A stretch of DNA of 44,583 bases from Gemmatimonadales bacterium (GTDB lineage: Bacteria > Gemmatimonadota > Gemmatimonadetes > Gemmatimonadales > GWC2-71-9), in NCBI GenBank assembly GCA_036378855.1, contig DASUVR010000139.1:1-44583 (forward strand). The letters are read 5' to 3'. The position numbers were made by a program, and so were the translations under genes. The notes beneath the pieces are model-generated. The model ran no database searches, had not been told where the DNA came from, and was given only the letters and a program-made list of their open reading frames with translations. Positions within the stretch are counted from its first letter, which is position 1; the number at the start of each line of letters is the position of its first letter. Positions 1 through 8,463 of this stretch are shown here, one piece after another.

Positions 1-86
1 GGATCTACTTCGCGCGGCCCCGAAACCCATTGGCTGGATCCCTCACTCGTTTCACTCTCTCGGGATGAGGTGTTACCTCGCCGGGC

Positions 87-980
87 TCACCCCTTCTCCA
101 CCGGCAGCCGCACCGCGTTTCCCCACTCGGTCCACGAGCCATCGTAATTCCGCACGTTGTCGAAGCCGAGCAGGTAGGTGAGTGCAAACCAGGTGTGCGA
201 CGACCGCTCGCCGATCCGGCAGTAGGCGATGGTCTCCGCGTTGGGGCGAAGACTGTTGTCCTGCTCGTACAGCTTCCGGAGCTCGCTCGCGGACCGGAAT
301 GTGTGCGTATCCGGATCGATCGCCTTGGCCCAGGGGACGCTTTTTGCGCCGGGAATATGCCCGCCCCTGAGGCAGCCTTCCTGCGGATACTCCGGCATGT
401 GGGTCTTTTCTCCCCGGAATTCCTCGGGACTCCTGACATCCACCAGCTGACCCTTCTTCTTGAGATGGGCCAGCACGTCCTCCCGAAAGGCCCGGATCCG
501 GGAGTCGTCCCGCTCTCCCACCGTGATGTTGCCCTCGCGGTACTTGGTCCGATCGGTTGACAGCGGACGGCCCTCATCGATCCAGCGGAGCCGGCCACCG
601 TCCATGACCTTTACGTTCTTGACCCCGAAGAGCTGCAGGACCCAGAGCGCGTAGGTCGCCCACCAGTTGTTCTTGTCGCCATAGAAGACGATGGTGGTGT
701 CATTGTCGATGCCCTTGGAGCGGAGCAGCTTCTGCAGCCGGTCGCGATCGATGTAGTCCCGGATCACCGGGTCGTTCAGGTCGTTGGTCCAGTCGATCTT
801 CACCGCCCCGGGAATGTGCCCGGTGTCATAGAGCAGCAAATCCTCATTCGACTCGATCAGCCGTACCTTGGGATCCTCCAGGTGCTGCGCCACCCACTCG
901 GTGGACACCAGCACCTCCGGATGAGCGTATCCTCGCTCCTCGATCGGAGTGACGGAGGGAGCGGTTTGCACCGGCGTCAT
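87..980 (-). CDS. Thiosulfate/3-mercaptopyruvate sulfurtransferase (tandem rhodanese domains)
   Basis: 297-aa ORF with two rhodanese modules. Catalytic loop '[13 protein letters not shown]' (CRxGxRS) lies near the C-terminus. AAGGAG sits 6 nt upstream of the ATG at 980. Confidence 0.9.
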   Translation of the reverse strand: MTPVQTAPSVTPIEERGYAHPEVLVSTEWVAQHLEDPKVRLIESNEDLLLYDTGHIPGAVKIDWTNDLNDPVIRDYIDRDRLQKLLRSKGIDNDTTIVFYGDKNNWWATYALWVLQLFGVKNVKVMDGGRLRWIDEGRPLSTDRTKYREGNITVGERDDSRIRAFREDVLAHLKKKGQLVDVRSPEEFRGEKTHMPEYPQEGCLRGGHIPGAKSVPWAKAIDPDTHTFRSASELRKLYEQDNSLRPNAETIAYCRIGERSSHTWFALTYLLGFDNVRNYDGSWTEWGNAVRLPVEKG

Positions 981-1189
981 AGCAGTCTCCTTGGTAAAAA
1001 GCTCGCGTGCTGCCTGTCAGAAATGGAACCGGCCGCTGACCTCGGAAGAGGTGCGGCCGGCGAGAAGTCCTGATCCTGTGCCACTGGTCAATCTCGGGCG
1101 CCGCCCCCTGCTCGCGTTGTTCGAGCGTTGCTACAGCAACAGGAGGACAGAGAGCGGAGCTGCCAGAGGACGGGGTTCACCCGAAGAAA

Positions 1190-2710
1190 TTACGACCTGA
1201 TCTGTCGGGATGTCAAATGCAGTTCCTTGGTCCAGCCCGGGACCAGGGGTGCCAGCAGCAGCAGGTAGAGGGCAAAGGCCAGGGCGGTCGACCGAAAGTC
1301 CAGGCCGGGCAGCACCTGTCCCACCAGTCCTACCGCCGTGGTGCACCACACGAGAGGGAGGAGAATCGTGGCCACAAACCGGCCCGGCTCGGCAACGCCG
1401 GCTTCCCGCACATTGAGCCGCAGCACCAGTGCGGCGAACACCAGGTGACCGGCAAAGGTAGCGGCAGCAACCGAGCCCAGGCCGTAGCCACTCGCAAGCG
1501 CCACGATCGAGAGCGCAAACGTGAGAACCAGCGCCGATCCCGCATACAGAGGGAGCCGCCGCTGCCGGCCGGCGGCCACTGCCCCGATCGAGGCCAGGTT
1601 CACCAGGCCCATGGCCACCCCCGAGAGGAGAAAGACTCGACCCGGCGCGATTGCCTCGCGATAGGTGGGCACCGCGTGCAGCACCAGCGGCCCCAGAGCG
1701 AGGCTCAATCCGCCCAGAAGCGGGGGCAACAGACGGGCATATGGCAACAAGGCCCGCTCGAGGTGAGACTGCAGTGCGGCTGCCGCTCCGTTGGAGCTGG
1801 TTTCTCCGTACACCTGAGGAAACACCACCGTGCGAACCACCATCGCCAATGCGGCCGCGACTGTGGTTACCGATCCGGCAAATGCGTAGTACCCGAGCAT
1901 GGTCGAACCGCCCCAGATCGCCACGACCCAACGGTCTCCGGTCCCCAGCGCAATCCCCGCGGCCATACTGAGCACCACCGGCAAACCGATCTCCAGCATC
2001 CGCCGCACCCGCTTCGGATCGATGGTGGGCCGGAGCTCCAGCCAGCGTGACGCGGCAGCGATCCCCAGGAGGTTGGCCAGGGTGAGGCCCATGATTGCGC
2101 CCCCCAGGCCCCACACCGATGCCAGCGCGACGGCGCAGACCACATGCAGCACCGCAGTTCCGGACTCGAGCAGAGAGTACAGCCGGAGACTGCCGCGGAC
2201 CCGGGTGCACACGAGAGCGTAGCCGAAGAGAGCTTCCGCCAGCCCGGCGGCAGCAAAGCCTCGGAGCACCACCCGGTTGGCCTGATCATCTACCAGAAAC
2301 GAGATGGTAAGAGCGACTAGTGCGACACTACCCGACAACAGCAGCACGAAGCCGAGCGCCGCAGGCGCAAACGTACCCGGTACCGCAGGCGATCGTCCCT
2401 TTCTGCGCAGCAGCTCCAGCTCGAGGCCGCGGTAGACGCTGAGTCCGACCAGCGAGGAGTAGCGCATCACCAGTCGGAGCAGGGCCCACGTGCCGAACGC
2501 CGCCGGTCCGAGGAGCACGGCCAGCAGCACCCCTCGAATCGCCAGCATGACCTCCGCCGTTCCGCGGAACAGGGCGTAGCCCATGATCCTGCGGAGAACC
2601 CGGCGCTGAGTCGGCGGGACGGCGCGCTCGCCCGATCCGGCGAGGGGCAGGTTGGAAGTTGTCAGGAGGTCACCGGCCGCTGGGAGTGAACCGGGCGTAG
2701 GTGCGGCCAA
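1190..2710 (-). CDS. MOP-superfamily oligosaccharide/polysaccharide flippase (Wzx-like)
   Basis: 506-aa ORF that is hydrophobic throughout (about 12 or more helices) with Arg-rich loops. Last gene of the 9692->1190 operon. Start uncertain: TTG 2710 (41-nt overlap with the upstream gene) or ATG 2584. Confidence 0.7.
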   Translation of the reverse strand: MAAPTPGSLPAAGDLLTTSNLPLAGSGERAVPPTQRRVLRRIMGYALFRGTAEVMLAIRGVLLAVLLGPAAFGTWALLRLVMRYSSLVGLSVYRGLELELLRRKGRSPAVPGTFAPAALGFVLLLSGSVALVALTISFLVDDQANRVVLRGFAAAGLAEALFGYALVCTRVRGSLRLYSLLESGTAVLHVVCAVALASVWGLGGAIMGLTLANLLGIAAASRWLELRPTIDPKRVRRMLEIGLPVVLSMAAGIALGTGDRWVVAIWGGSTMLGYYAFAGSVTTVAAALAMVVRTVVFPQVYGETSSNGAAAALQSHLERALLPYARLLPPLLGGLSLALGPLVLHAVPTYREAIAPGRVFLLSGVAMGLVNLASIGAVAAGRQRRLPLYAGSALVLTFALSIVALASGYGLGSVAAATFAGHLVFAALVLRLNVREAGVAEPGRFVATILLPLVWCTTAVGLVGQVLPGLDFRSTALAFALYLLLLAPLVPGWTKELHLTSRQIRS

Positions 2711-3335
2711 GCAGCTGGGTGAAACGGATCTCTCCGATCAGCCGAGTTCCTGCGCCGGTCTTCTGCACGGTGCGCAGCGAGGGCGCGTTGGTTGGGGCCA
2801 CCATCCGCCAACCCTCTCGGAACCCGCTCTCCCGCGCCAGCCGGAGCCGGCCCGACGCGAGGGCCGACCCGATTCCGCTGCTTCGCTCCGAGGGGAGAAC
2901 GTAGAGGTTCAAGAGGTATGCGGCGCTGGATGGAAACTCGAGCGGGAGGGGCGACACCGCCACGTCGGGACCGAGATCGTCAGCCACCCAGGCGTAGCCG
3001 ACCGGGGTTTCTCCCCGCCAGGCCACCAGGCAGCGACGGCCTCGAGCGGCCAACGCGCGGAAGCGCTGCAATTCCCGCCGACCCACCAGTGAGGAAAGCC
3101 GAGCCCACTCCGCGGCTGTCGGCTGGGTGATTCGCACTCCAGCTGGAGGAGGGAGATCCACCATCTGCTCCACCTGGTGAGCAAAGACCAGCAGGTGGCC
3201 GCGGCGAAAGATCCGGTGCAGGGAGCGGCTGGCTGCCGCCTTCCAGGCGCCGGTCCATCCTTCATGCCGGTACGCCAGCAGGGCGTCGCCGGGGAGCGTT
3301 TTCAGGTCGAGCCAGTACGCGCCGAGGCGGCTCAT
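2670..3335 (-). CDS. GNAT-family acyltransferase, paralogue B
   Basis: Trimmed to ATG 3335 (MSRLGAYW...). C-terminal GNAT core 'LLNLYVLPSERSSGIGSAL' (R/QxxGxG/A acyl-CoA motif). N-terminal 'LPGDALLAYRHEGWTGAW' is shared with the neighbouring gene. ATGA overlap with the upstream stop at 3332-3335. Confidence 0.7.
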   Translation of the reverse strand: MSRLGAYWLDLKTLPGDALLAYRHEGWTGAWKAAASRSLHRIFRRGHLLVFAHQVEQMVDLPPPAGVRITQPTAAEWARLSSLVGRRELQRFRALAARGRRCLVAWRGETPVGYAWVADDLGPDVAVSPLPLEFPSSAAYLLNLYVLPSERSSGIGSALASGRLRLARESGFREGWRMVAPTNAPSLRTVQKTGAGTRLIGEIRFTQLLGRTYARFTPSGR

Positions 3336-4015
3336 CGGGCCAGACTGATCTCGATCGGGACCGGAGCACTCAGACTTCGGGACCAGCTCCGCATCCAGGA
3401 CAGGACCTTGAGCCGGCCCACGGTGCCCACCACCCGGCTCGGAGCCACACTCGCGACCGTTCGGATGGAGACGAAGTTGTTCCGATGAATGATGATCCAG
3501 CTGCGGTGGAAGCCTCGCTCCCGGCACAGCTCCAGACCGCGACTGAGCAGCGCGGCGCCCAGCCCTTCACTGCGCTCGCTCCGGGCCACTTCGATTTGCC
3601 AGACATAGACAGTGTCGGCCGGAAGCGAGAGGTCATAGCTCTCATGCCGGCTCTCGATGGCGGGCGAAAACCAGACATAACCCACCGCCTGCCGGCGCTT
3701 CCAGGCAATGAGGCAGATCCGCCCCGCTTCACTCGCCTGGGCAAACTGTTGCGGCCTCCGGCTCCGGCCCATGTTACCCAGGAGCGTCCAGTCGGGTCCG
3801 GTGAAAGGCCTGATATCCACCTCCGGTGGAAGCTCTGCATTCACCAGCCGGTGGAGGTCGGTCTCGATCAGGAAACGGCGCGCGTAGCCGCCCAGACGGC
3901 CCAGCGTTCGGCGGCGCATTTCCTGTTTGAGGCCGGCCCAGCCGCCGGTCCGCCAGGCGCGGAGAGCGTCGCCCGGAAAACTTTTCATGTCCTGAATGTA
4001 TTTCGCGAGGTTCAT
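3332..4015 (-). CDS. GNAT-family acyltransferase, paralogue A
   Basis: Trimmed to ATG 4015 (MNLAKYIQDM...). GNAT core 'VWQIEVARSERSEGLGAAL'. N-terminal 'FPGDALRAWRTGGWAGL' is paralogous to 2670-3335. ATGA overlaps at both ends. Confidence 0.7.
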   Translation of the reverse strand: MNLAKYIQDMKSFPGDALRAWRTGGWAGLKQEMRRRTLGRLGGYARRFLIETDLHRLVNAELPPEVDIRPFTGPDWTLLGNMGRSRRPQQFAQASEAGRICLIAWKRRQAVGYVWFSPAIESRHESYDLSLPADTVYVWQIEVARSERSEGLGAALLSRGLELCRERGFHRSWIIIHRNNFVSIRTVASVAPSRVVGTVGRLKVLSWMRSWSRSLSAPVPIEISLAR

Positions 4016-5013
4016 TCGCCGGCGTACACCCGTAGATCTGCTCCGCTCTCGGCCAGCACCGGTTGCTGAGCGAATGCTTGCCGCACAGCATCGGAGCCCA
4101 CCCACACGGCGGCCACCAGCGAGAGAGGATCGGGAATGGGACTGAGCCCCCAGCCTCGTTTGAACTGCTGCAGACCGTCGTGAACGAATGGGCCGGTGCG
4201 TCCCGCATCGAAAACCCGGTAGCCCTGGGCCCGGGCCCATTCGATGGTGAGGGCAAAAACCGCAAAGCCCGCCTTTTGGCGCATCAAGCTCGGATCTCCT
4301 TCGCGGACTCCTGAAATCGCTCCCCACAGCGTGTCGCCCCGGGGTACCGTGCATATGCCCGAGAGACGCTCGCCCTGCCGGGTGATGAAGTGCAGCACGC
4401 CCACCCGAGAGAATTCATCCATCAGTTGCTGCGAAGGGATCCAGGCCCCGGACCCATGCCGAGCCAGCGCTTGAGGCCGGACCATGGTCTCGAAGAACTC
4501 CTTCCAGTCGGCCGCCGAGCCTGCTTGCTGCAGCTCGAAGTTCTGCCGCTTCATCCTGCGCAGGTTCTCCCGCAGGCCGTGGCTGCAGTCTTTGGGCGGC
4601 AGTTGCGCCAGCTCGCCTTGCCATCTGACTGACTGGGGCACGATGACCCATCCGGCCCGGCGGAACCGGGGTGCCATCCAGCGGTGCACCTCGGCCAGGA
4701 CGATGTCTGCTGCAGCACCCTCGGTCACGGCTGCCGGGCTCCAAAGTGCGCGCCGCATCTCCCGGACTGGCGGGGGTAGCTCGCCCAGGACTCTGCTACC
4801 GATGGGACGCAGCAACTTCTCCCGACCGACCTCGATGAGGCTGATCGAATTCCCGGCCACATGGACCTGCCGCCGCCGCACGTCGCCGGTCAGCTGCAAC
4901 GGCAGGGCCATGCTGCGGTGGGCCAGGACCGGAGCCCGTCCCCACCGCGAAGTGTACGTGGGGACCAGCAACCGCTCCTCAACCAGACTGACCAGTGATC
5001 GAGTATGACTCAC
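4012..5013 (-). CDS. FemAB-like / Acetyltransf_6 (BioF2-like) GNAT-fold acyl- or aminoacyl-transferase
   Basis: C-terminal half '...GFAVFALTIEWARAQGYRVFDAGRTGPFVHDGLQQFKRGWG' matches the FemAB-related EPS-locus acyltransferase pattern (fDfGr...KxxWG). Start taken as GTG 5013, forming GTGA with the BKACE stop. Alternative start is ATG 4911. Confidence 0.65.
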   Translation of the reverse strand: MSHTRSLVSLVEERLLVPTYTSRWGRAPVLAHRSMALPLQLTGDVRRRQVHVAGNSISLIEVGREKLLRPIGSRVLGELPPPVREMRRALWSPAAVTEGAAADIVLAEVHRWMAPRFRRAGWVIVPQSVRWQGELAQLPPKDCSHGLRENLRRMKRQNFELQQAGSAADWKEFFETMVRPQALARHGSGAWIPSQQLMDEFSRVGVLHFITRQGERLSGICTVPRGDTLWGAISGVREGDPSLMRQKAGFAVFALTIEWARAQGYRVFDAGRTGPFVHDGLQQFKRGWGLSPIPDPLSLVAAVWVGSDAVRQAFAQQPVLAESGADLRVYAGE

Positions 5014-5939
5014 CCCGCGATTGCCTCCTCGGCTTCGTCGAGGACGATGGAACAAGGCAGCGCGGCCGGAGCCATCGGGGCGCTGCCGAGGCCCAGCATG
5101 GTGCGGGCGCGAGCAGGTGACGCCAGAGTCCGCCCGAAGGTCTCCGCCAGCAACGCCAGCCGGTCCATCAAACCGCCGTTTGTGGCCAGCTCGCTGCGAT
5201 CGTACACCAGGTGAATGTTGTCTTCCAGGCCAACCCGGCAATGGCCGCCCATGGCCAGAGCCAGGGTGTTCATCGGGAGCTGGAACAGCCCGATACCGGC
5301 CGCGGACCAGACTGAGTTGGGAGGAAGATCCTCCACCATGTTCGAGAGGTGGCGGGCGGTTGCCGGCACCGAATAACGGGACCCCAGCAGCAGATTGAAA
5401 TACCACGGGCCCCGCCCCAGCATGCCCTTGCTCATGAGAAACTTGGCCGCGTTGATCATGCCGAAATCGAAGCACTCCAGCTCCGGCTTGATGCCGTGAT
5501 TCACCATCTTCTCCGCCAGCGCGATCACCATGTCGGGTGAGTTCTGGCTGGTGCCCGTAGGGAAATCGAGCGACGTCATCGTGAGGCTAGCCAGATCGGG
5601 CCGGGCCAAGCCGCTGAGCTCGAGAACCTCGCTTCGGCGCTCGAATTCGGGAAAGTTCCTGCCGCTGCAGCTCACGCAGATGATGGCGTCCTCGGAGTGG
5701 CTCCGGATTCCTCGAATCATCTTCTCGTAGATCTCGCCCCGGTAGCTCGGAGTTCCATCCTCTTCTCGTGCGTGCAGGTGCACGATGGCAGCTCCGAGAT
5801 CGAGGGCACGACAGGAATCTTCGATGACTTCCTCGGGCGAGATCGGAACATGGGGCGTCATCGCCTTGGTCGGGATCATCCCGGTCGGACAGAAGTTGAC
5901 GATCAGCTCGGGGTAAGGCGTCAGCGGAAACGGCTTCAT
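5010..5939 (-). CDS. Beta-keto acid cleavage enzyme family protein (BKACE / DUF849; 3-keto-5-aminohexanoate cleavage enzyme-like)
   Basis: Trimmed to ATG 5939 (MKPFPLTPYPELIVNFCPTGMIPTK...). Family signatures 'NFCPTG', 'IVHLHARE', 'ELECFDFGM' and 'HCRVGLEDN' are all present. Confidence 0.85.
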   Translation of the reverse strand: MKPFPLTPYPELIVNFCPTGMIPTKAMTPHVPISPEEVIEDSCRALDLGAAIVHLHAREEDGTPSYRGEIYEKMIRGIRSHSEDAIICVSCSGRNFPEFERRSEVLELSGLARPDLASLTMTSLDFPTGTSQNSPDMVIALAEKMVNHGIKPELECFDFGMINAAKFLMSKGMLGRGPWYFNLLLGSRYSVPATARHLSNMVEDLPPNSVWSAAGIGLFQLPMNTLALAMGGHCRVGLEDNIHLVYDRSELATNGGLMDRLALLAETFGRTLASPARARTMLGLGSAPMAPAALPCSIVLDEAEEAIAG

Positions 5940-7183
5940 GGCATGTCTCTGCCGAAGGGGGTGGGAATGGGAGCGGGCATCGGTTGAATCCGCTGGCGGA
6001 CTTCTTCCATTTCGCGGCCACTGCGGACTTCCTGGGCCGCCTTCTTCAGCGTGCCGCTCCACTGAGCCAGAAACGGCACGGGATCGGCCGGGGACCATAC
6101 TGCATCGATCCAGGGCCCGGTGTAGCCACGAAGGAATTTCTGCCAATTCCAGTCAGGGCCGCGCTCCTGCACCGCGGTGTACAACAGGTCCGCGTGCAGG
6201 TGCAGCCAGGTGCCCCGCCAGCCGTTGGAGGAGGCACTCACCCGCTGGCGCCGGGCGTGCTCCTGCCAGATCAGGAGCGGATAGTTGACCCCGCAGCGGG
6301 TTGCCAGCGCGTGGCTGAGATAACAGCGCCCGTTGATCTCCATCAGCTTGAAACGGCCACCCCGCGGATCGCGCTTGTACTCCGCGCTGGCAACACCCCG
6401 CCAGCCGATGCGCCGCAGCAGCTCGATGGTGGGCTCGCGCAGCTCCGGGACGGTCGCCGGCTCGGCGGCCCGCGCCACCCCGAAGAACGAAGGCGCCTTC
6501 CTCAATTTTCGGAAGCCGAATTCGGCAGCCGGTTGACCCTGCCGGTCCAGATACACGGTGTAGTTGTAGAACTCGTCATCCGGGCCCGGCACCAGATCGA
6601 ACACGTCGGCGGCAAGGCCGGCTCGCTCGATCTGGTCGATCGCGGCAACCAGCTCCAAGGGGCTCCGGACAACGATCAGCTTCTTGCCCAAACGCTCCCA
6701 GAAGGCCGCGCTCACCTGCGGCTTTACCACCACCGGATAGCTGATATCGGTTCGCTGGGCGGTCACTCGAGAGGCGGGGCCGTAGCAACGCGGCACCGCA
6801 ACGCCTGCTTCACCGGCCAGCCGGTAGGTGTTCGGCTTCACCACCACCCGTCGGACAACCTCGGGTTCGGGGACCGAAAGCGGATACCACCGGGAGAGCA
6901 GCTCCCGGTGCTCCGCCAGGGCGGTAAGGGCGTAGTCATTGGTGGGGATCAGAGCCCAGCCGCGCCACTCGCTCGCGCGATCCTGCAGCAGGTCGATGAG
7001 CCCGTCGGGCCGGCGGTGCAGGTCGAAAACCCGATGCGCCTCGTGGGCGTAGCGGGAGTGATGCGCGATGTCGTGAGGCTTGGTCAGCACCACAGCCGTG
7101 CGCACGCCCGCACGCGCCAGACTTCGGAGTGCGCTCACGCCATTGGCGTAGCCGCCGATGACAACAGCACCCGGTGTGGTCAA
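5936..7183 (-). CDS. ATP-grasp carboxylate-amine ligase (COG3919-type)
   Basis: Sequence '...AVVIGGYANGVSALRSLARAGV...YPVVVKP...FKLMEINGRC' shows the pre-ATP-grasp Rossmann-like N-terminus plus the ATP-grasp core. Start taken as TTG 7183, forming TTGA with the upstream stop. Confidence 0.8.
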   Translation of the reverse strand: MTTPGAVVIGGYANGVSALRSLARAGVRTAVVLTKPHDIAHHSRYAHEAHRVFDLHRRPDGLIDLLQDRASEWRGWALIPTNDYALTALAEHRELLSRWYPLSVPEPEVVRRVVVKPNTYRLAGEAGVAVPRCYGPASRVTAQRTDISYPVVVKPQVSAAFWERLGKKLIVVRSPLELVAAIDQIERAGLAADVFDLVPGPDDEFYNYTVYLDRQGQPAAEFGFRKLRKAPSFFGVARAAEPATVPELREPTIELLRRIGWRGVASAEYKRDPRGGRFKLMEINGRCYLSHALATRCGVNYPLLIWQEHARRQRVSASSNGWRGTWLHLHADLLYTAVQERGPDWNWQKFLRGYTGPWIDAVWSPADPVPFLAQWSGTLKKAAQEVRSGREMEEVRQRIQPMPAPIPTPFGRDMP

Positions 7184-8463
7184 CTCAGCGGCTCGACCAC
7201 GCGAAACTTGGCCTGCGGACCGGTCGGGAGCCGGTCCACGAATTCGACGTCGGCTTCGAGAAAAGATGCCACGTTGTAGCGCAGCGCGGTGCGGACCTGG
7301 GATGTGACCAGACTGCGGTCGGCCGCCGATTCCAGTATGGCCCGGACCCTCACTCTGGCCTGATCCAGCTGGCTCACCTGGTAGCGCAGCAGCCCGGGGA
7401 TCTGCTCGATGGCGCAGGTCAGCGCGTAGGGAGAGATCCGAAGTCCACCTCGCATCACCAGCACATCCGATATCCGGCCGGTCACCAGCCCGAGCAGCGG
7501 CATGGGACATCCGCAGCTACAGCGGTCGGCTCGCAGACTGCCCCGATCCCCGGTACGGTAGCGAAGCAGGGGCATGGCCCGGTTCACCAGGACCGTGGCC
7601 ACCAGATCGCCCTCCACTCCGTCGGGGAGGATCCGGCCGGAGTCGTCCACCGCCTCGAGGTGCACCACATCGGAGTTGATGTGCCGGTTGCCGGCCGGGC
7701 ACTCCCATGCGATTTCCTTGGTTTCCGAGGTCCCGTACACGTCGTACACCGGCGCGTGGAATGCGGCCGAGATCTCGGTACGCGCTCCGCCCTGCAGCAG
7801 CTCGCCGCTGGTGAAGACGGCGCGAACTCTCACCTTCTCCCCTTGGCTATGCAGGAGTCGTCCCGCCTCTTGCAGAGCCGAGGGCAGCCCATACACCACG
7901 TCGGGCCTGAAGCTCTGGAGTGCGGCCACCAGCGATGCCGTCGGCTGAAATACGCTGATCCGCCGCCAGCGTTCCCAGCTGGGCATCATCGAGCCCTGAC
8001 CTGCCGGCGTAGTATCCAGCAGGGCAACCCGGTCGGTCACCCGAACTCCGCACGCCGCTCGGGCTCGCAGCTTTATCAGATATTTGAGCCGCGCCCATGC
8101 GCGGGCCTCGTAGTACACCCGGAACGGCTCACCGGTCGAGCCTGACGATGACGAGGAGTACCATTCCCGGTTCAACCGCCCGCCATCGAACTTTTTCAGG
8201 CCGGCGCGTCTGAGCTCGGCCTTGGACACCAGCGGAAGCGCCGCCAGGGCGCGATAAGGCTCGCGCTGCAGCACCGGGTCCGCCCATTCGATGCCGGCCG
8301 ACTGAAGCCGTCGCCCATAGAAGGTGTTGTTCCGCGCCACGTGAAAGAGCAGCCGGCTGAGCCGGTCCCGGGCGACGGAAGCGATCCAGTCCGGCTCCTG
8401 CCGCAGCATGCCGAACGTGCTGGGCCCGTCCACCGCCAGCCAGAACAGAGGCGGCCGGCTCAT
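7180..8463 (-). CDS. Adenylate-forming enzyme, phenylacetate-CoA ligase / CapK / F390-synthetase family (COG1541)
   Basis: Trimmed to ATG 8463 (MSRPPLFW...). AMP-binding loop 'SSSSGSTGEPF', 'DVYGTSE', 'YRTGDRG'. ATGA overlap with the GT4 stop. Confidence 0.85.
   Translation of the reverse strand: MSRPPLFWLAVDGPSTFGMLRQEPDWIASVARDRLSRLLFHVARNNTFYGRRLQSAGIEWADPVLQREPYRALAALPLVSKAELRRAGLKKFDGGRLNREWYSSSSSGSTGEPFRVYYEARAWARLKYLIKLRARAACGVRVTDRVALLDTTPAGQGSMMPSWERWRRISVFQPTASLVAALQSFRPDVVYGLPSALQEAGRLLHSQGEKVRVRAVFTSGELLQGGARTEISAAFHAPVYDVYGTSETKEIAWECPAGNRHINSDVVHLEAVDDSGRILPDGVEGDLVATVLVNRAMPLLRYRTGDRGSLRADRCSCGCPMPLLGLVTGRISDVLVMRGGLRISPYALTCAIEQIPGLLRYQVSQLDQARVRVRAILESAADRSLVTSQVRTALRYNVASFLEADVEFVDRLPTGPQAKFRVVEPLS

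Noticed and set aside
5-598. ORFs at the window start (5-598 minus strand, 195-560 plus strand, and others) overlapping the rhodanese gene.
   Set aside because: They are alternative-frame artefacts of the GC-rich rhodanese coding region and have no motifs.
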